From NCBI GenBank assembly GCA_963724295.1, contig CAVRUC010000009.1:128001-192000 (forward strand): a DNA stretch of 64,000 bases, in the 5' to 3' direction. This document shows positions 29,995-40,550 of the stretch, in pieces. The DNA comes from an uncultured Chloroflexia bacterium (lineage in GTDB: Bacteria; Chloroflexota; Chloroflexia; Thermomicrobiales; UBA6265). Positions within the stretch are counted from its first letter, which is position 1, and the number at the start of each line of letters is the position of its first letter. The notes under the pieces are model-generated. The model did not search any database. It worked only from the letters and a program-made list of their open reading frames with translations, and was not told where the DNA came from. The position numbers and the translations under genes were made by a program.

Positions 29995-31498
29995 CGCCCT
30001 GGACAGCACGATGAAGTTCCTCCTCGGTTCTGATCTCGCGGCGATCGATCTCGCGGACAACACGGCCGTCGCGAAGCACGAGCAGGCGATCGCTGACGGC
30101 GAGCAACTCGACCAGCTCCGACGAGATGACGAGGATTCCTTTGCCGCGATCCGCCAACGCGCGGATCACCCCGAGAATTTCGGTCTTGGCCTGGATGTCG
30201 ACTCCGGCTGTCGGTTCGTCCATGATCAAGATATCGGGCTCGGTGGCGAGCCATTTGCCGATGACGACCTTCTGCTGATTGCCGCCCGAGAGCAATCGTA
30301 CGCTGGTGGCGATCGAGCTTGTCTTGATCCTCAGATCGTTGACGATCGAACCGGCCATGCGATCGCCACGCCGGTCGTCAATGATCCCGACATGGTCCAA
30401 CCGGTCCAGCAGCGGTAGGAGTAGGTTGTTCTTGACGGAGTGGTTAAGAACCAGCCCCTGGATGCGACGATCCTCCGGCACGAGCGAAACACCAGCGGCA
30501 ATCGCTTCCTCCGGATTGCCGATTTCGACCCGCTCACCGCGAATGAGGATTTCGCCCTTGTCGACGCGGTCGATACCGAAGATCGCTCGAGCCAGCTCGG
30601 TGCGCCCGCTGCCCATGAGACCGGCGAGACCGACGATCTCGCCTGGATAGAGGTCGAAACTTACGTCCTGCACGCGGTTCCCGGCCGAGAGATTGCGAAC
30701 CTGGAGCAGGGGAGCCACGGAGCGATCGACGGTGCGCTCTCGCCACTCAAAGGCCTGCTCCATGGTCTTACCGACAATGGCGTCGATAACCCGGTTCATC
30801 GTCAGCGCCGCCGTGTCGTCGGTAAGGATGTGGCGGCCGTCCCGCAGAACGGTGATGCGATCGGTAATGCGGAAGATTTCGTCCATGCGGTGCGAGATGT
30901 AGATGATTGAGATCCTTCGTTCCTTGAGGCGCTGGACGAGCGCGAAAAGCGAGTGCGCTTCGGTTGCGGTCAGCGATGAGGTGGGCTCGTCCATGATCAG
31001 GACGCGCGCGTCTTGCGCCAGGGCCTTGGCGATCTCAGTCAGTTGCCAATAACCGGTGCCGAGATCGCTCATCCTGGCATTTGGGTCGATATCCTCTTCC
31101 ATCTCCGCGAACAACTCGCGTGCTCGGCGCACGCTGGCGCGGTCGTCGATCAATCCGCCGGAGGCACGAGGCTCGTGACCGAGGAAGATGTTCTGGGCGA
31201 CCGTGAGGGTCGGGATGAGACTGAACTCCTGGAAGATCATGCCGATGCCAAGGGCCCTGGCATCGTGGGGGGAGCGAATCTCGACCTCCGTGCCGTCGAT
31301 CGCGATCTGCCCGTGGTCCGGCTTGTAGACGCCCTGCAGGATCTTCATCAGGGTCGACTTGCCGGCGCCGTTACCGCCGACGAGGGCGTGGACCTCACCC
31401 TTGCGCAGGTTGAAGTCAACTCCGTGCAGGACACGGATGCCCGAGAAACTCTTGCTGATCTCGGTCATCTGTACCGCGACGGGGTCCATCGCCGTCAC
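29990..31498 (-). CDS. Sugar ABC transporter ATP-binding protein (RbsA-like, two domains)
   Basis: GGNGAGKST, DEPT and LSGGNQQK motifs. Confidence 0.95.
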   Translation of the reverse strand: MTAMDPVAVQMTEISKSFSGIRVLHGVDFNLRKGEVHALVGGNGAGKSTLMKILQGVYKPDHGQIAIDGTEVEIRSPHDARALGIGMIFQEFSLIPTLTVAQNIFLGHEPRASGGLIDDRASVRRARELFAEMEEDIDPNARMSDLGTGYWQLTEIAKALAQDARVLIMDEPTSSLTATEAHSLFALVQRLKERRISIIYISHRMDEIFRITDRITVLRDGRHILTDDTAALTMNRVIDAIVGKTMEQAFEWRERTVDRSVAPLLQVRNLSAGNRVQDVSFDLYPGEIVGLAGLMGSGRTELARAIFGIDRVDKGEILIRGERVEIGNPEEAIAAGVSLVPEDRRIQGLVLNHSVKNNLLLPLLDRLDHVGIIDDRRGDRMAGSIVNDLRIKTSSIATSVRLLSGGNQQKVVIGKWLATEPDILIMDEPTAGVDIQAKTEILGVIRALADRGKGILVISSELVELLAVSDRLLVLRDGRVVREIDRREIRTEEELHRAVQGA

Positions 31499-31557
31499 CT
31501 CGTTCTCAGATGAATCGTCGAGGGCGCCCTGCGGCGCCCTCGACTGTGCCTGGCTGA

Positions 31558-32736
31558 CTATTGCGCTGCCGCATCCTGCAATGCTTGAGGCGGATCCTGA
31601 TGATAGACCTGCTGCCAGGCCTCCAGGACGTTCTCCCTGGTGACGGGCAACGCGGGCAGCGCGACAAACGGAGGCGCTTCCTTGCCGAGCAATCCATACC
31701 CGGCGAGGATAGCCTCGGTCACGCCTTGATCGAATGGCCGCTGCGCGCCGAGCCCCTTGACGATGCCGCCCTGAGCGAGGGAGATGGCCACATTCTGTCC
31801 TAGGTCAATCGTCGTCACCACCACGTCACTCTCCCGACCGGCGGTGCGAACGGCGTTGATAACTCCTTCCGCCGGCACGTCCCAGACGGCCCAGATGCCG
31901 TTCAGTTCGGCGTTGCGGGTGAGCATGGCAGAGGCGACCTGATCGGCTTGACCGGCAAAGTCCGGCCCAGGGATGCCTTGCTCTTCGACGATCTTGATAT
32001 TGGGATAGTTCTCCTCGATCGTCGCCCTGAACGCGTCCTGGCGTTGTTGAGTGACGAAGAAGTCAGCGGCGAAGAAGACGATGCCGACCTGACCTTCGCC
32101 GCCGAGCGCTTCGGCCATCAGGTGCGCGGAGACGATACCGTTCCCATAATTGTCCGCCGAGACGACGCTGACATAGTCTGTGCCGGGCGTGAATCCCTCC
32201 GGCACGTTGTCCATGAAGACGATCTTCACACCCTGCTCGGCGGCCTGCCGGTAGGCTGAGGCGGTGGCGACAGGGTCAGTCGGGATCGAGACAATGATGC
32301 TCGGGTTACGGGCGAGGACCGTCTCGATATCCGAAACTTGCGTCGCCGCATCGAAACCCGCGTCGGTTTCGGCGATCACCTCGATCCCCATCTTCCCGAA
32401 CTGGTCGCGGAGACCGGCGATCTGCGCCGCCGACCAATCGTCGCCGCTGTAGTGCATGACGATCGCCGCAGTCGCCCCCATACCCTGGATCTCGGCCAGC
32501 TCTTCTTCAGTCAGCGTCACCTCGGAGGCGGCGGTTGGTGTTTCTCCTTGAGGGCCGGTGCTGAAGACCCGCCCCTCCATTTCGGCCAGCGTCGCAGCGC
32601 CACCGGCCGCGCTCGGCGTCGCGCCGGGGGTCGCGTCCTGGGCATTGGCCAGCCGCGGCGTGACGCCCACGACCGGAACCGCGACCGCGCCCGCGACGAG
32701 AACCGAAAACCGACGCCGACTAAAACTCTTGCTCAC
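31558..32736 (-). CDS. Sugar ABC transporter substrate-binding protein, Tat signal
   Basis: SRRRF leader and periplasmic-binding type I features (VSADNYGNG). Confidence 0.9.
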   Translation of the reverse strand: MSKSFSRRRFSVLVAGAVAVPVVGVTPRLANAQDATPGATPSAAGGAATLAEMEGRVFSTGPQGETPTAASEVTLTEEELAEIQGMGATAAIVMHYSGDDWSAAQIAGLRDQFGKMGIEVIAETDAGFDAATQVSDIETVLARNPSIIVSIPTDPVATASAYRQAAEQGVKIVFMDNVPEGFTPGTDYVSVVSADNYGNGIVSAHLMAEALGGEGQVGIVFFAADFFVTQQRQDAFRATIEENYPNIKIVEEQGIPGPDFAGQADQVASAMLTRNAELNGIWAVWDVPAEGVINAVRTAGRESDVVVTTIDLGQNVAISLAQGGIVKGLGAQRPFDQGVTEAILAGYGLLGKEAPPFVALPALPVTRENVLEAWQQVYHQDPPQALQDAAAQ

Positions 32737-32800
32737 GGTGTTTCCCTCCCGTAGCGCGTCAAACAAGGTCAAATCGCCAAGGCATCAGGGCTTGGCAGCC

Positions 32801-33631
32801 TCATGTAGCTGTGGTTCCGGTCTCCTGCCTCCCTTCCAGGAAGATCCGGCTGTTCCGAGCCGCATCTTGCTTTGAACCGGCGTAAGCGTCGAGCTCGACA
32901 GTGATCCAGCCGTCGTAGCCGATCTCCTTAAGCGACGTCAGAATCCGGTCGAAATCAAGCTCACCTTCGCCGAGGGGCACGAATTCCCCGGCGGCGTAGT
33001 CCTTGAGATGGACATACGGAATGCGGTCGCCGTAGATGCGGATGAGTTCCGCTGAGTCGCCGCCCGCCGCGTCGAGGTGAGCCGTGTCTGGGCAGAATCC
33101 GATCGAGGTCAGGTCGAAGACACGCGCGATTTGCTCGGGCGTCTGAGCGCACGTGCCGAGATGCGGATGGAAACTTGGTGTCAAGCCGAGACCCGTCGCC
33201 AGCTCGACAACCCGATCAAGCCCGTGTGCGAGGAGTGCGTGATCCGCGTCGCCGGTTCCATGTGCGCGGACCGCACCGCCGCCAACCACGAAGTGGGTGG
33301 CGCCAAACTGAGCGGCAAGCTCTGCGGAGCGGCGAATCTTGTGCAACTCCTCACCCAGGATCTCGGGGAAAATGAAGTTGGCGCCGGAGTAGACACCGAC
33401 GAGCTCTAGCTCAAGTTCGGCCATCAGCCCGCGCAGCTCGACTTCCCGGTCCGCGTATTGAATGAGATTGCCCTCGAAGAGCTCGAACCCGGAGTATCCG
33501 GCGGCAGCGATATCGCGCATCGCTTCCTCGGTCGACCCGTTGGCCACGTATACGAGATCTTTGACGCTCGTCACGCCCGCCGGGTGGCCGAAGACCCCGC
33601 CCCACGTGTTGGTTTGATACGCGAGCTTCAT
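32801..33631 (-). CDS. Sugar phosphate isomerase/epimerase family TIM barrel (IolE-like)
   Basis: FHPH, PDTAH, YVHLKD, PLGEG and WITVELD motifs. Confidence 0.88.
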   Translation of the reverse strand: MKLAYQTNTWGGVFGHPAGVTSVKDLVYVANGSTEEAMRDIAAAGYSGFELFEGNLIQYADREVELRGLMAELELELVGVYSGANFIFPEILGEELHKIRRSAELAAQFGATHFVVGGGAVRAHGTGDADHALLAHGLDRVVELATGLGLTPSFHPHLGTCAQTPEQIARVFDLTSIGFCPDTAHLDAAGGDSAELIRIYGDRIPYVHLKDYAAGEFVPLGEGELDFDRILTSLKEIGYDGWITVELDAYAGSKQDAARNSRIFLEGRQETGTTAT

Positions 33632-33670
33632 CCGCAACTCCTCCCACCGGGCTCCGCATAAGCGGAACCT

Positions 33671-35308
33671 CTAGGCCGGCGACTCGCGGCGCGCCACGAT
33701 GGAGTCCGCGACCCGCCATGCGTTGGCCATGATCGTCAAGGTCGGATTGACACCGGTCGAGGTCGGAAACGGGCTGCCGTCGACTGCATAGAGGTTGTCG
33801 ACCTCGTGGGTGCGGCAGTCCTTGTTCAGCACTGACGAATTCGGGTCGTTTCCCATACGCAACGTGCTGTGTTGGTGCGAGCAGTTGCCTGTGACCTTGT
33901 CGATATAGACGCGCCAGACCTTCGTCGCTCCGGCAGCCTCCAGGATTTCCGCGTTGCGATCGATGATCCATCGCCCCTGAGCGAGGTCGTTCGGGTGCGG
34001 CGTATGGGTGATGCGGGCGACCGGTAATCCCCAGGCATCCTTTACTTCGTTATCGAGCTCGACCCGATTCGTCTCCTGGGGCAGGTCGTGGAGCACGAGT
34101 CCAACCGCCATCGTGTGGTTGAAGAACTCACGGTCGGCGTCTTTCGCCGCTTGCCCCCAGGCTGGCTTATCCGGCAGCGAGAAGCTAATCGGCAGCGGGA
34201 TACCGACGCCAGCCGAGGCGACATGACAGCCGCCGACGAAATCGCGCCCTTCCGAGTGCTCCAGAAACTCGAAGGTGCTGGCGCCGACATAGCCTCCGCC
34301 GGCCCACCCGTAGACAGGGTCCTCAAAGGCCCCGATGGCGGCGCTGTATTCATGGAACGTGGCGTTGCGCCCGACCACATCGTTGTTATTGGCGAGACCG
34401 TTCGGGAATTGGCCGGACCGCGACAGGAGGAGGAGCCGCGCTGACTCGATGGCGCCGCAGGCGAGTATGAAGAGGTCGGCTTCCTGCTCGACGGTGTCAC
34501 CCTCAGCGTCCCAGTAAACCGCGCTCCGGGCGCGACCTTGGGCGTCGACGGTAATCTCCTGGACATAACAATCTGGCCGGAGGTCGTAGCGTCCGGTGGC
34601 GAGCGCGGCCGGGATGAACCGGGTCAGGGCATTGCCCCGGGTCCCGGTCGGATCGCCATGCTGTTGGGCGAACGCGCTCTGGTTCGTTGCTGGCCAGCCA
34701 TTGTAGGGACAGGACAGCGCTGCGGATGGCGTCGGGAAGGAGTTGTAACCCAGTTTGGCGCAGCCCTCGTGGAACTTCTGGTTGTAGCGGGTGGGCGGGA
34801 GTGGTGGGCATGGGTAGTCCCGGCTACGCGGCCCTTCGTATTTGTTAGCGCCGGCCTGACCAGAGACACCGAACGCCCATTCGACCTTGTCGTAGTACGG
34901 CTCGAGCTCCTGGTACGTTATCGGCCAGTCTGCCAGGTTCGCTCCTGGTACCTCGCCGTAGATCGTTTTCGGCCTGAACTCGTTCTCGGTCATGCGGGGG
35001 AGCCAACCAGTCCAGTGCGCGGTACCACCGCCAACCATCTGCGGCACCGGGCAGAACAACTGCACCAGCGGTTCATCGGCGGCGGATGCGCGGAAGGTGC
35101 GTGGATTGATCAGGGGGTCCGGCCAGAGGTTGTAGCGATGGACGTTGGCCAGCTCATCAGCACTGAACTGTTCCGGTTTCCACCAGGGCCCGCGCTCCAG
35201 GGCAACGACCCTGAGACCACCTTCCGTCAGCACCTTGGCCGCGGTGGCGCCGGATGCGCCCGCGCCGATGATGCAGACGTTCGCACGATCAGGGTTGTGC
35301 TTCGTCAT
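33671..35308 (-). CDS. GMC family oxidoreductase, flavoprotein subunit
   Basis: GAGASG FAD motif, VGGGTAHW, ESARLLLLS, HQHSTLRMG and NPTLTIMANA. Confidence 0.92.
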   Translation of the reverse strand: MTKHNPDRANVCIIGAGASGATAAKVLTEGGLRVVALERGPWWKPEQFSADELANVHRYNLWPDPLINPRTFRASAADEPLVQLFCPVPQMVGGGTAHWTGWLPRMTENEFRPKTIYGEVPGANLADWPITYQELEPYYDKVEWAFGVSGQAGANKYEGPRSRDYPCPPLPPTRYNQKFHEGCAKLGYNSFPTPSAALSCPYNGWPATNQSAFAQQHGDPTGTRGNALTRFIPAALATGRYDLRPDCYVQEITVDAQGRARSAVYWDAEGDTVEQEADLFILACGAIESARLLLLSRSGQFPNGLANNNDVVGRNATFHEYSAAIGAFEDPVYGWAGGGYVGASTFEFLEHSEGRDFVGGCHVASAGVGIPLPISFSLPDKPAWGQAAKDADREFFNHTMAVGLVLHDLPQETNRVELDNEVKDAWGLPVARITHTPHPNDLAQGRWIIDRNAEILEAAGATKVWRVYIDKVTGNCSHQHSTLRMGNDPNSSVLNKDCRTHEVDNLYAVDGSPFPTSTGVNPTLTIMANAWRVADSIVARRESPA

Positions 35309-35310
35309 GG

Positions 35311-35985
35311 TCAGCTGGCCCTGACACCGGTCGCGTCGGTAGTTTCGGCAAAGTACGGGAGCGTGCTGTAGCGCCCGGCATGAGCCTCGGCCAGCGATGG
35401 CGGTCCCGGAAAGCCAATGACGTCCCAGCCGACTCGATTGCGGTTTCCGCCGTAGATGGGATCGGCGAGGAAGCCCTGGCGGGTGTGGAGGACCAGGAGC
35501 GGGAAGAAGTCGAGATCGATCTCCGCCGCGATCTGCTGCAGCGCGGGCTCTGGCGGTGTGAATCCTGCGACCGCTTGCTCTTCTTCGCGAGCGCGTTCTT
35601 GCTCGTGAACAGGCCTCTCCATCATCGCCAATAATGCGTCCTGCTGATCAGAGGCTATGTCGGCGAAGTCGTCGCCATATTCGGCACGGCTTCGCTGATT
35701 CAGCTCTTCGATGCCCTCCAGGTACTTGCGACGGACGATCTCGATGCGCTGCCGCCAGGCCTCGGCGCGCTTCCCCTCGAGTCGGGCGAAGCCGCCTCCG
35801 TCCGGCGTGGCGTAGACGTAGTTGATCCCGGAGAGATAGCGATCGAGAAAGTCGATAGTTCTGGCTTCGCTCGCTCCGGGCTCATGGTCGGTGGGGATGA
35901 CGCGAGCCATCGCGGCTTCGATAGTCCGCCGCTGGAACTCGTCGAAGAATCGCGCATCAGTCTCGTTCATTGCGTTCGCGACCAT
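35311..35985 (-). CDS. Gluconate 2-dehydrogenase subunit 3 family protein
   Basis: RVIPTDHEPGA and HTRQGFLADPIYGGNRNRVGWDVIGFPG signature. Confidence 0.9.
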   Translation of the reverse strand: MVANAMNETDARFFDEFQRRTIEAAMARVIPTDHEPGASEARTIDFLDRYLSGINYVYATPDGGGFARLEGKRAEAWRQRIEIVRRKYLEGIEELNQRSRAEYGDDFADIASDQQDALLAMMERPVHEQERAREEEQAVAGFTPPEPALQQIAAEIDLDFFPLLVLHTRQGFLADPIYGGNRNRVGWDVIGFPGPPSLAEAHAGRYSTLPYFAETTDATGVRAS

Positions 35986-36043
35986 CGCGTCTCCCAGCTA
36001 CCACGCGCGTCAGGATCCCTCTTCATGCTCTGGGTCCGGTAGC

Positions 36044-36103
36044 AAAAAACGATAGCACGGCCGACTGCAGGCGAACCGAATTCGCCTGCAGTCGGCCGTG
36101 CTA
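36044..36103 (-). terminator. Intrinsic terminator of the nfeD-floA operon
   Basis: Perfect 23-bp inverted repeat (36053-36075 / 36081-36103) with a 5-nt loop, followed by a T6 run on the minus strand. Confidence 0.85.
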
Positions 36104-36460
36104 ACGAGCGTGCTCGTCGTCGTAGCGATCGCGCAGCGCCAGCGGTGGAGCGAGGATCTCTTTCAGCAGCCACGCCTGTCGCAGGCCCGTTCGCGTCTTC
36201 AGCGCCGCGATCTGGCTCGCGTCCGGCCTCGGCCGGATAGCCGGATCTGCGGCGGGAGCCTCCCGGGGTACTGGCGCTCGCGCTTGCAGCTCTTCCAGCG
36301 CGCGCCCGGGTTGGCTCGATAGTGGCTCGGCACGCCGCGCATCACGGCGCAATCGCTCCGCCCGCACCAGGTCCAGCCGCAGTTCATTTGGCCGGAATTG
36401 CCGGTTGGCCGGCTCGCCGGAACGCTCCCCACGCAGGGCACTCCGCAGGCGTTGCATCAT
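36101..36460 (-). CDS. YqfB-like hypothetical protein (third gene of the nfeD-floA operon)
   Basis: GGAGG RBS, C-terminal LRQAWLLKEILAPPLALR motif, and position after floA. Confidence 0.6.
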   Translation of the reverse strand: MMQRLRSALRGERSGEPANRQFRPNELRLDLVRAERLRRDARRAEPLSSQPGRALEELQARAPVPREAPAADPAIRPRPDASQIAALKTRTGLRQAWLLKEILAPPLALRDRYDDEHAR

Positions 36461-36490
36461 CCTCCGCCGCCTTCCCCTCGAGTCTGCTCG

Positions 36491-37438
36491 TTACCCGTCG
36501 TTCCTCGCCAGCGACGAGCGCATCGTGGTATCGGCCTGGATATTCTCCATGCGGTAGTGGTCCATCACCCCGAGTCGCCCACTGCGGAACGCTTCGGCCA
36601 GGGCAAGCGGCACCTGGGCTTCGGCCTCCACGACCCGCGCCCGCATCTCCTGCTCCGTGGCGACCGCCATCGCGCGGCGCTCCTCGGCCTTGGCCTGAGC
36701 GATCCGCTTGTCCGCCTCTGCCTGGTCGGTCTGCAGCTCAGCGCCGATGTTGCGCCCCACGTCGACGTCGGCGATGTCGATAGAGAGGATCTCATAGGCG
36801 GTGCCGTCATCCAGACCGCGGTCGAGCACGAGCCGGGAGATCAGGTCGGGGTTCTCCAGTACCGACTTGTGCGAGTCAGCTGACCCAATCGAGGAGACGG
36901 TTCCTTCGCCGACGCGGGCGATGATCGTCTCCTCGCCGGCGCCGCCGACCAGCCGGTCGATGTTGGCACGGACGGTGACACGAGCCACGGCAATCACCTG
37001 AATGCCGTCTTTGGCGACCGCCGTTACCCGCGGTGTCTGGATCACCTTGGGGTTGACGCTGACCTGAACCGCCTCGAGCACGTCGCGCCCCGCCAGGTCG
37101 ATGGCCGTAGCCCGCTGCCAGGGCAGGGCGATATTGGCGCGGTCGGCGGAGATGAGCGCGGTCACCACCCGGCCAACGTCGCCGCCGGCGAGGTAGTGCG
37201 CTTCCATCTGACCGACGTCGAGGTCGAGCCCCGCTTTGCTGGCGCTGATGTAGGGGCGCACGATGTCGGCGGGGTTGACCTTGCGCAACCGCATGCCGAT
37301 CAGCGTGCCCAGACCGACCCGCACCCCGGAGAAGAGGGCGGTGATCCAGAGTCCAACTGGCACGAAGTAGAAGAAAAAGCCGAGGGCAACGAGGATCAAG
37401 AGGCCGACGATGGCCAGGGTAAGCGTGCTCGTTTCCAT
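36491..37438 (-). CDS. floA: Flotillin-like protein FloA (YqfA)
   Basis: [44 protein letters not shown] and NIQADTTMR. Confidence 0.95.
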   Translation of the reverse strand: METSTLTLAIVGLLILVALGFFFYFVPVGLWITALFSGVRVGLGTLIGMRLRKVNPADIVRPYISASKAGLDLDVGQMEAHYLAGGDVGRVVTALISADRANIALPWQRATAIDLAGRDVLEAVQVSVNPKVIQTPRVTAVAKDGIQVIAVARVTVRANIDRLVGGAGEETIIARVGEGTVSSIGSADSHKSVLENPDLISRLVLDRGLDDGTAYEILSIDIADVDVGRNIGAELQTDQAEADKRIAQAKAEERRAMAVATEQEMRARVVEAEAQVPLALAEAFRSGRLGVMDHYRMENIQADTTMRSSLARNDG

Positions 37439-37515
37439 ACAGCATCCTTTCGGCGTCGTCGCCGGTCAACGATCGTGTAATGCTCCTCCGCCCTCACTGC
37501 GGCGCAGCAACGCTG

Positions 37516-37584
37516 TGTTATCCCGAGGCACGAGGGATCTCGTCGGCGTCCTTATCCTGGCGCGGCAAGGACGAGATTCCTCCT
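37516..37584. repeat. Palindromic repeat family copy forming the 3' end of nfeD
   Basis: Contains the reverse complement of GACGAGATCCCTCGTGCCTCG, which also occurs at 38945 and ~41632. Confidence 0.8.
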
Positions 37585-38870
37585 CCAACCGGATCGGCCG
37601 GGGCGTCCCGTGGTAGGCGCGATGAGGCGCCGAACCACCCCAGCCAGCCGGCGGCGGGCCGAACCTGGGTAACCTCCGCGCCGCCGACCGCGGAATGGAG
37701 AACGAGCTTGCCAAGGTGCCGGCCGCGGGAGAGGAAGGCGAAGATGGCCACAATGCCGATGACGATGCCGATCAGCGACACGAGGATCGTCAGGCCGGCT
37801 TGCGCGATACCCTCCGGTGTCTGGATGTCCCGGCCGAGCATGGCCAGGAACAATCCTCCCAGAAGAGCGGCCAGACCGAGAGCTCCTGGAATCCCGAATC
37901 CGGGCACGACGATGATCTCGATGGCGATCAGGACGAGCCCGAGCACGACCAGGGCGAGATCTTCCCAGCCGGTCAGACCAGCCAGGGAATGACCCCAGAA
38001 AAAGAGCGCCAGCAGCCCCAGCCCGGCCACGCCTCCGAGCCCGAATCCCTCGACAAAGAGGTCGGCAATGATGATCAGCACGCCGGCGATGATCAGCAGC
38101 GACGAGACCGCGGGCTCCGTGATGAACCGCACGAATCGCTCAGCCGGACTCGGCTCGGTCTCGATCACCGGCGCATGTGCCAGTCCAGCGGCGGTCAGGA
38201 CTTCGGCCCGGTTCGCGGCGACCCCGTCGTTGTAGCCCCAATCCGTAGCCTCGCTGGTCGTCAGCGTCAGCAGCTCCCCGCGCGTCACGAGCCCATCGAT
38301 GGCCACGTCCGGGTCGACCATGGCCTCCGCCACGCGCGGATCGCGGCCCCGCGCTTCGGCAGTGGACTTGAACGTCGTGCGCACCGCCGAGACGACCTTC
38401 TCGGTGGCGGTCTCCCCGGTGGCGCCGTCGACCGGGGTCGCGGCGCCCAACACCGCGCCCGGGGTCATATAGATCGTTTCGCAGGCGATGGCGATGAGGG
38501 CGCCGGCCGAAAAGGCGGTGCGATCGACGAAGGCGATGGTGGGGATACCGCTGGCGAGCAGCGCATCGCGCATCTGCAGCACCGCGTCGAGTCGCCCGCC
38601 CGGCGTGTCGATCTGCAGGAGCACCGCGGCAGCGCCGTTCTCTTCGGCTTCATTCAGCACGCGGCTGAGGTAGGGGGCGAGGCCAAGATCGATCGTGCCG
38701 GTTATGGGGACGACGTAGACCGCACCGCTACCGGCGTCGGATCCAGATTGCGCCGAGGCAGCATGAGACGCGACCGTACCGATGGCGAGGAAGATGAGCG
38801 CCCAGACACGGATCGAACGGACCAAAGTCCAGCGCGGTGGCCGAGGGTTGGTGTGGAGGAGGGTAGCCAT
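37518..38870 (-). CDS. nfeD: NfeD family membrane-bound serine protease (YqeZ-like), C-terminal OB domain absent
   Basis: IDTPGG, AFSAGALIA, GAATPV, EKVVS and EIIVVPGFG motifs; located upstream of floA. Confidence 0.88.
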   Translation of the reverse strand: MATLLHTNPRPPRWTLVRSIRVWALIFLAIGTVASHAASAQSGSDAGSGAVYVVPITGTIDLGLAPYLSRVLNEAEENGAAAVLLQIDTPGGRLDAVLQMRDALLASGIPTIAFVDRTAFSAGALIAIACETIYMTPGAVLGAATPVDGATGETATEKVVSAVRTTFKSTAEARGRDPRVAEAMVDPDVAIDGLVTRGELLTLTTSEATDWGYNDGVAANRAEVLTAAGLAHAPVIETEPSPAERFVRFITEPAVSSLLIIAGVLIIIADLFVEGFGLGGVAGLGLLALFFWGHSLAGLTGWEDLALVVLGLVLIAIEIIVVPGFGIPGALGLAALLGGLFLAMLGRDIQTPEGIAQAGLTILVSLIGIVIGIVAIFAFLSRGRHLGKLVLHSAVGGAEVTQVRPAAGWLGWFGASSRLPRDAPADPVGGGISSLPRQDKDADEIPRASG

Positions 38871-38943
38871 GATCAGCGCCATTATGACGCGCAAACGGTA
38901 CCGGTCGGCGCCCATGCCGGGTGGGAAGCCTGTCTCGCTAGTA

Positions 38944-39097
38944 CGACGAGATCCCTCGTGCCTCGCCATGACACGTAGTTGCCGGAGTGCCCCGACTCAA
39001 GAAGGTGTCATTCCGAGCCCGCGGGCGAGGAATCTCGTCGTCCACGACTCGACTCGGCAATGCGCCGAGAAGCCGCGAGTTCGTTCCTCCGCATGAC
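38944..39097. repeat. Two adjacent palindromic repeat family copies
   Basis: gacgagatccctcgtgcctcgccatgaca (38945-38973) and tgtcattccgagcccgcgggcgaggaatctcgtc..catgac (39006-39097). Confidence 0.75.
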
Positions 39098-39181
39098 GCG
39101 CCCATCGTGTCGATGCGCAGAGACTGGATAGGCGCTTCGGAACCTCGCGTCTGGCGATGCGCTGTCGCCGACCTCGCCGCG

Positions 39182-40478
39182 CTACCCTACGTTGCTGAGA
39201 CTCCCTGCCGCGGAGACGTCCTCAGTGACGGCGGGATCTCCGATGTACTCGACCTGAGCCGCCCCACTGACATGCGCCTCCAGACTCTCGGTGACGTTGA
39301 CGGTGACCTGTGAGGCCCCAGACGCGGTCACCGACGCCAGACGACTCTCGAGATCGGCGGCTGCGTAGTGCGCGGTGTCGCTGACCGAGACGGTCTGACT
39401 ATCGACCGTACCGGCAAGCTCCGTCTGGACGTTGCCGGAGGCGGTCACATCGAGCGTGTTGGCGGTCAAGCTGTCGATGACGACCGCACCCGCCCCATTG
39501 CCGTTGATGCGGAGTTGGTCAGCGCTGAGCTGAGCGACCTCGACCCGACCCGCACCCGCCAGCTCGATGCCGCTGAGCTGCGTGATGGTGAGGAAGTAGG
39601 TGATCGGCTCCCGGGTTTTGAAGGAGCGATCCGGCCGGATCGTCAACCGGCCGTCCTGAACCTCGGTCGAGATTCGCTCCAGGACTTTTGGTTCCGCTTC
39701 GATGGTGAGCGATTCGGTCTCGCCCTGCTCGATCATCAAGGTGCCGACGCCTTCCAGCGAGACCTCCCGGACGTCGTGGATCTCCCGTACCTCGCCCCGC
39801 CCTTCCTCGGTCACTGGCTCCTCCACGGTCGGTTTCGTGATGCCCGCCAGGATCGCGCCGTAGACCTCAGCGGCATCGTCGTACTCCCAACTCTCCATGA
39901 CCCGGCCGCCGGAGATCTTGGCGAAGGCGACGCCGCCAAACCGCAGATCGAGATCGGCCCCGTCGGGTTGGTTCGTTGCCGCCCCGAGCAACGTCCCTCG
40001 AAACGAGGCGAGGATCGAGGCGGTGTTGTACGAGGCGACGATGTCGTCGACCAGAACAACCCCATCCGGGACGACGGTTCGAATCTCGTTGAGACTGGCT
40101 TTCAGTCCCGCCAGGTCCGCCGAGAAGGGCTGGCCGGTCATGAATGAGTGCCGCGGCGTGTGGTTGACGTAATCGGGCGAAAACGTGGCATCGAGACCGC
40201 TCATGTCGCCGGTGGCCAGCGCGCGGTTGATCGCGGCGATCGCGCGCCGAGCGGTCGCTTCCGTCATCGCGGCGGCAATCCCGAACTGGGCCTGGGCTGG
40301 TCGTTGCTGGGACGCCGATCGCGGCGCCCGCCGCGAGCCCCCCGGCTCCCAATCTCCGCAACGCACCGCGCCGCGACATGGCGCCCAGGATGCGTGCGGC
40401 AGTTCGTCCGGTCTGGTTCTCTTCCACCTCTATTGTCCTTCCAACGCGCTCGATCGATGTCACCTGGTCCGTTGCCAT
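39182..40478 (-). CDS. Tat-exported SnoaL-like (ester cyclase) + DUF2807/GIN beta-helix fusion; frameshift near 40300
   Basis: SRRGAL leader in one frame. LDATFSPDYVNH..GGRVMESW then GVGTLMIEQG..SGAAQVEYIGDP in another frame. Start uncertain. Confidence 0.75.
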
Positions 40479-40550
40479 TCGGGGGGCGACGTTCGCTCGA
40501 CGTGCCTCTCATGAGACGATCGAGCGTACTCTGAAACGCACCAGTCGTGG

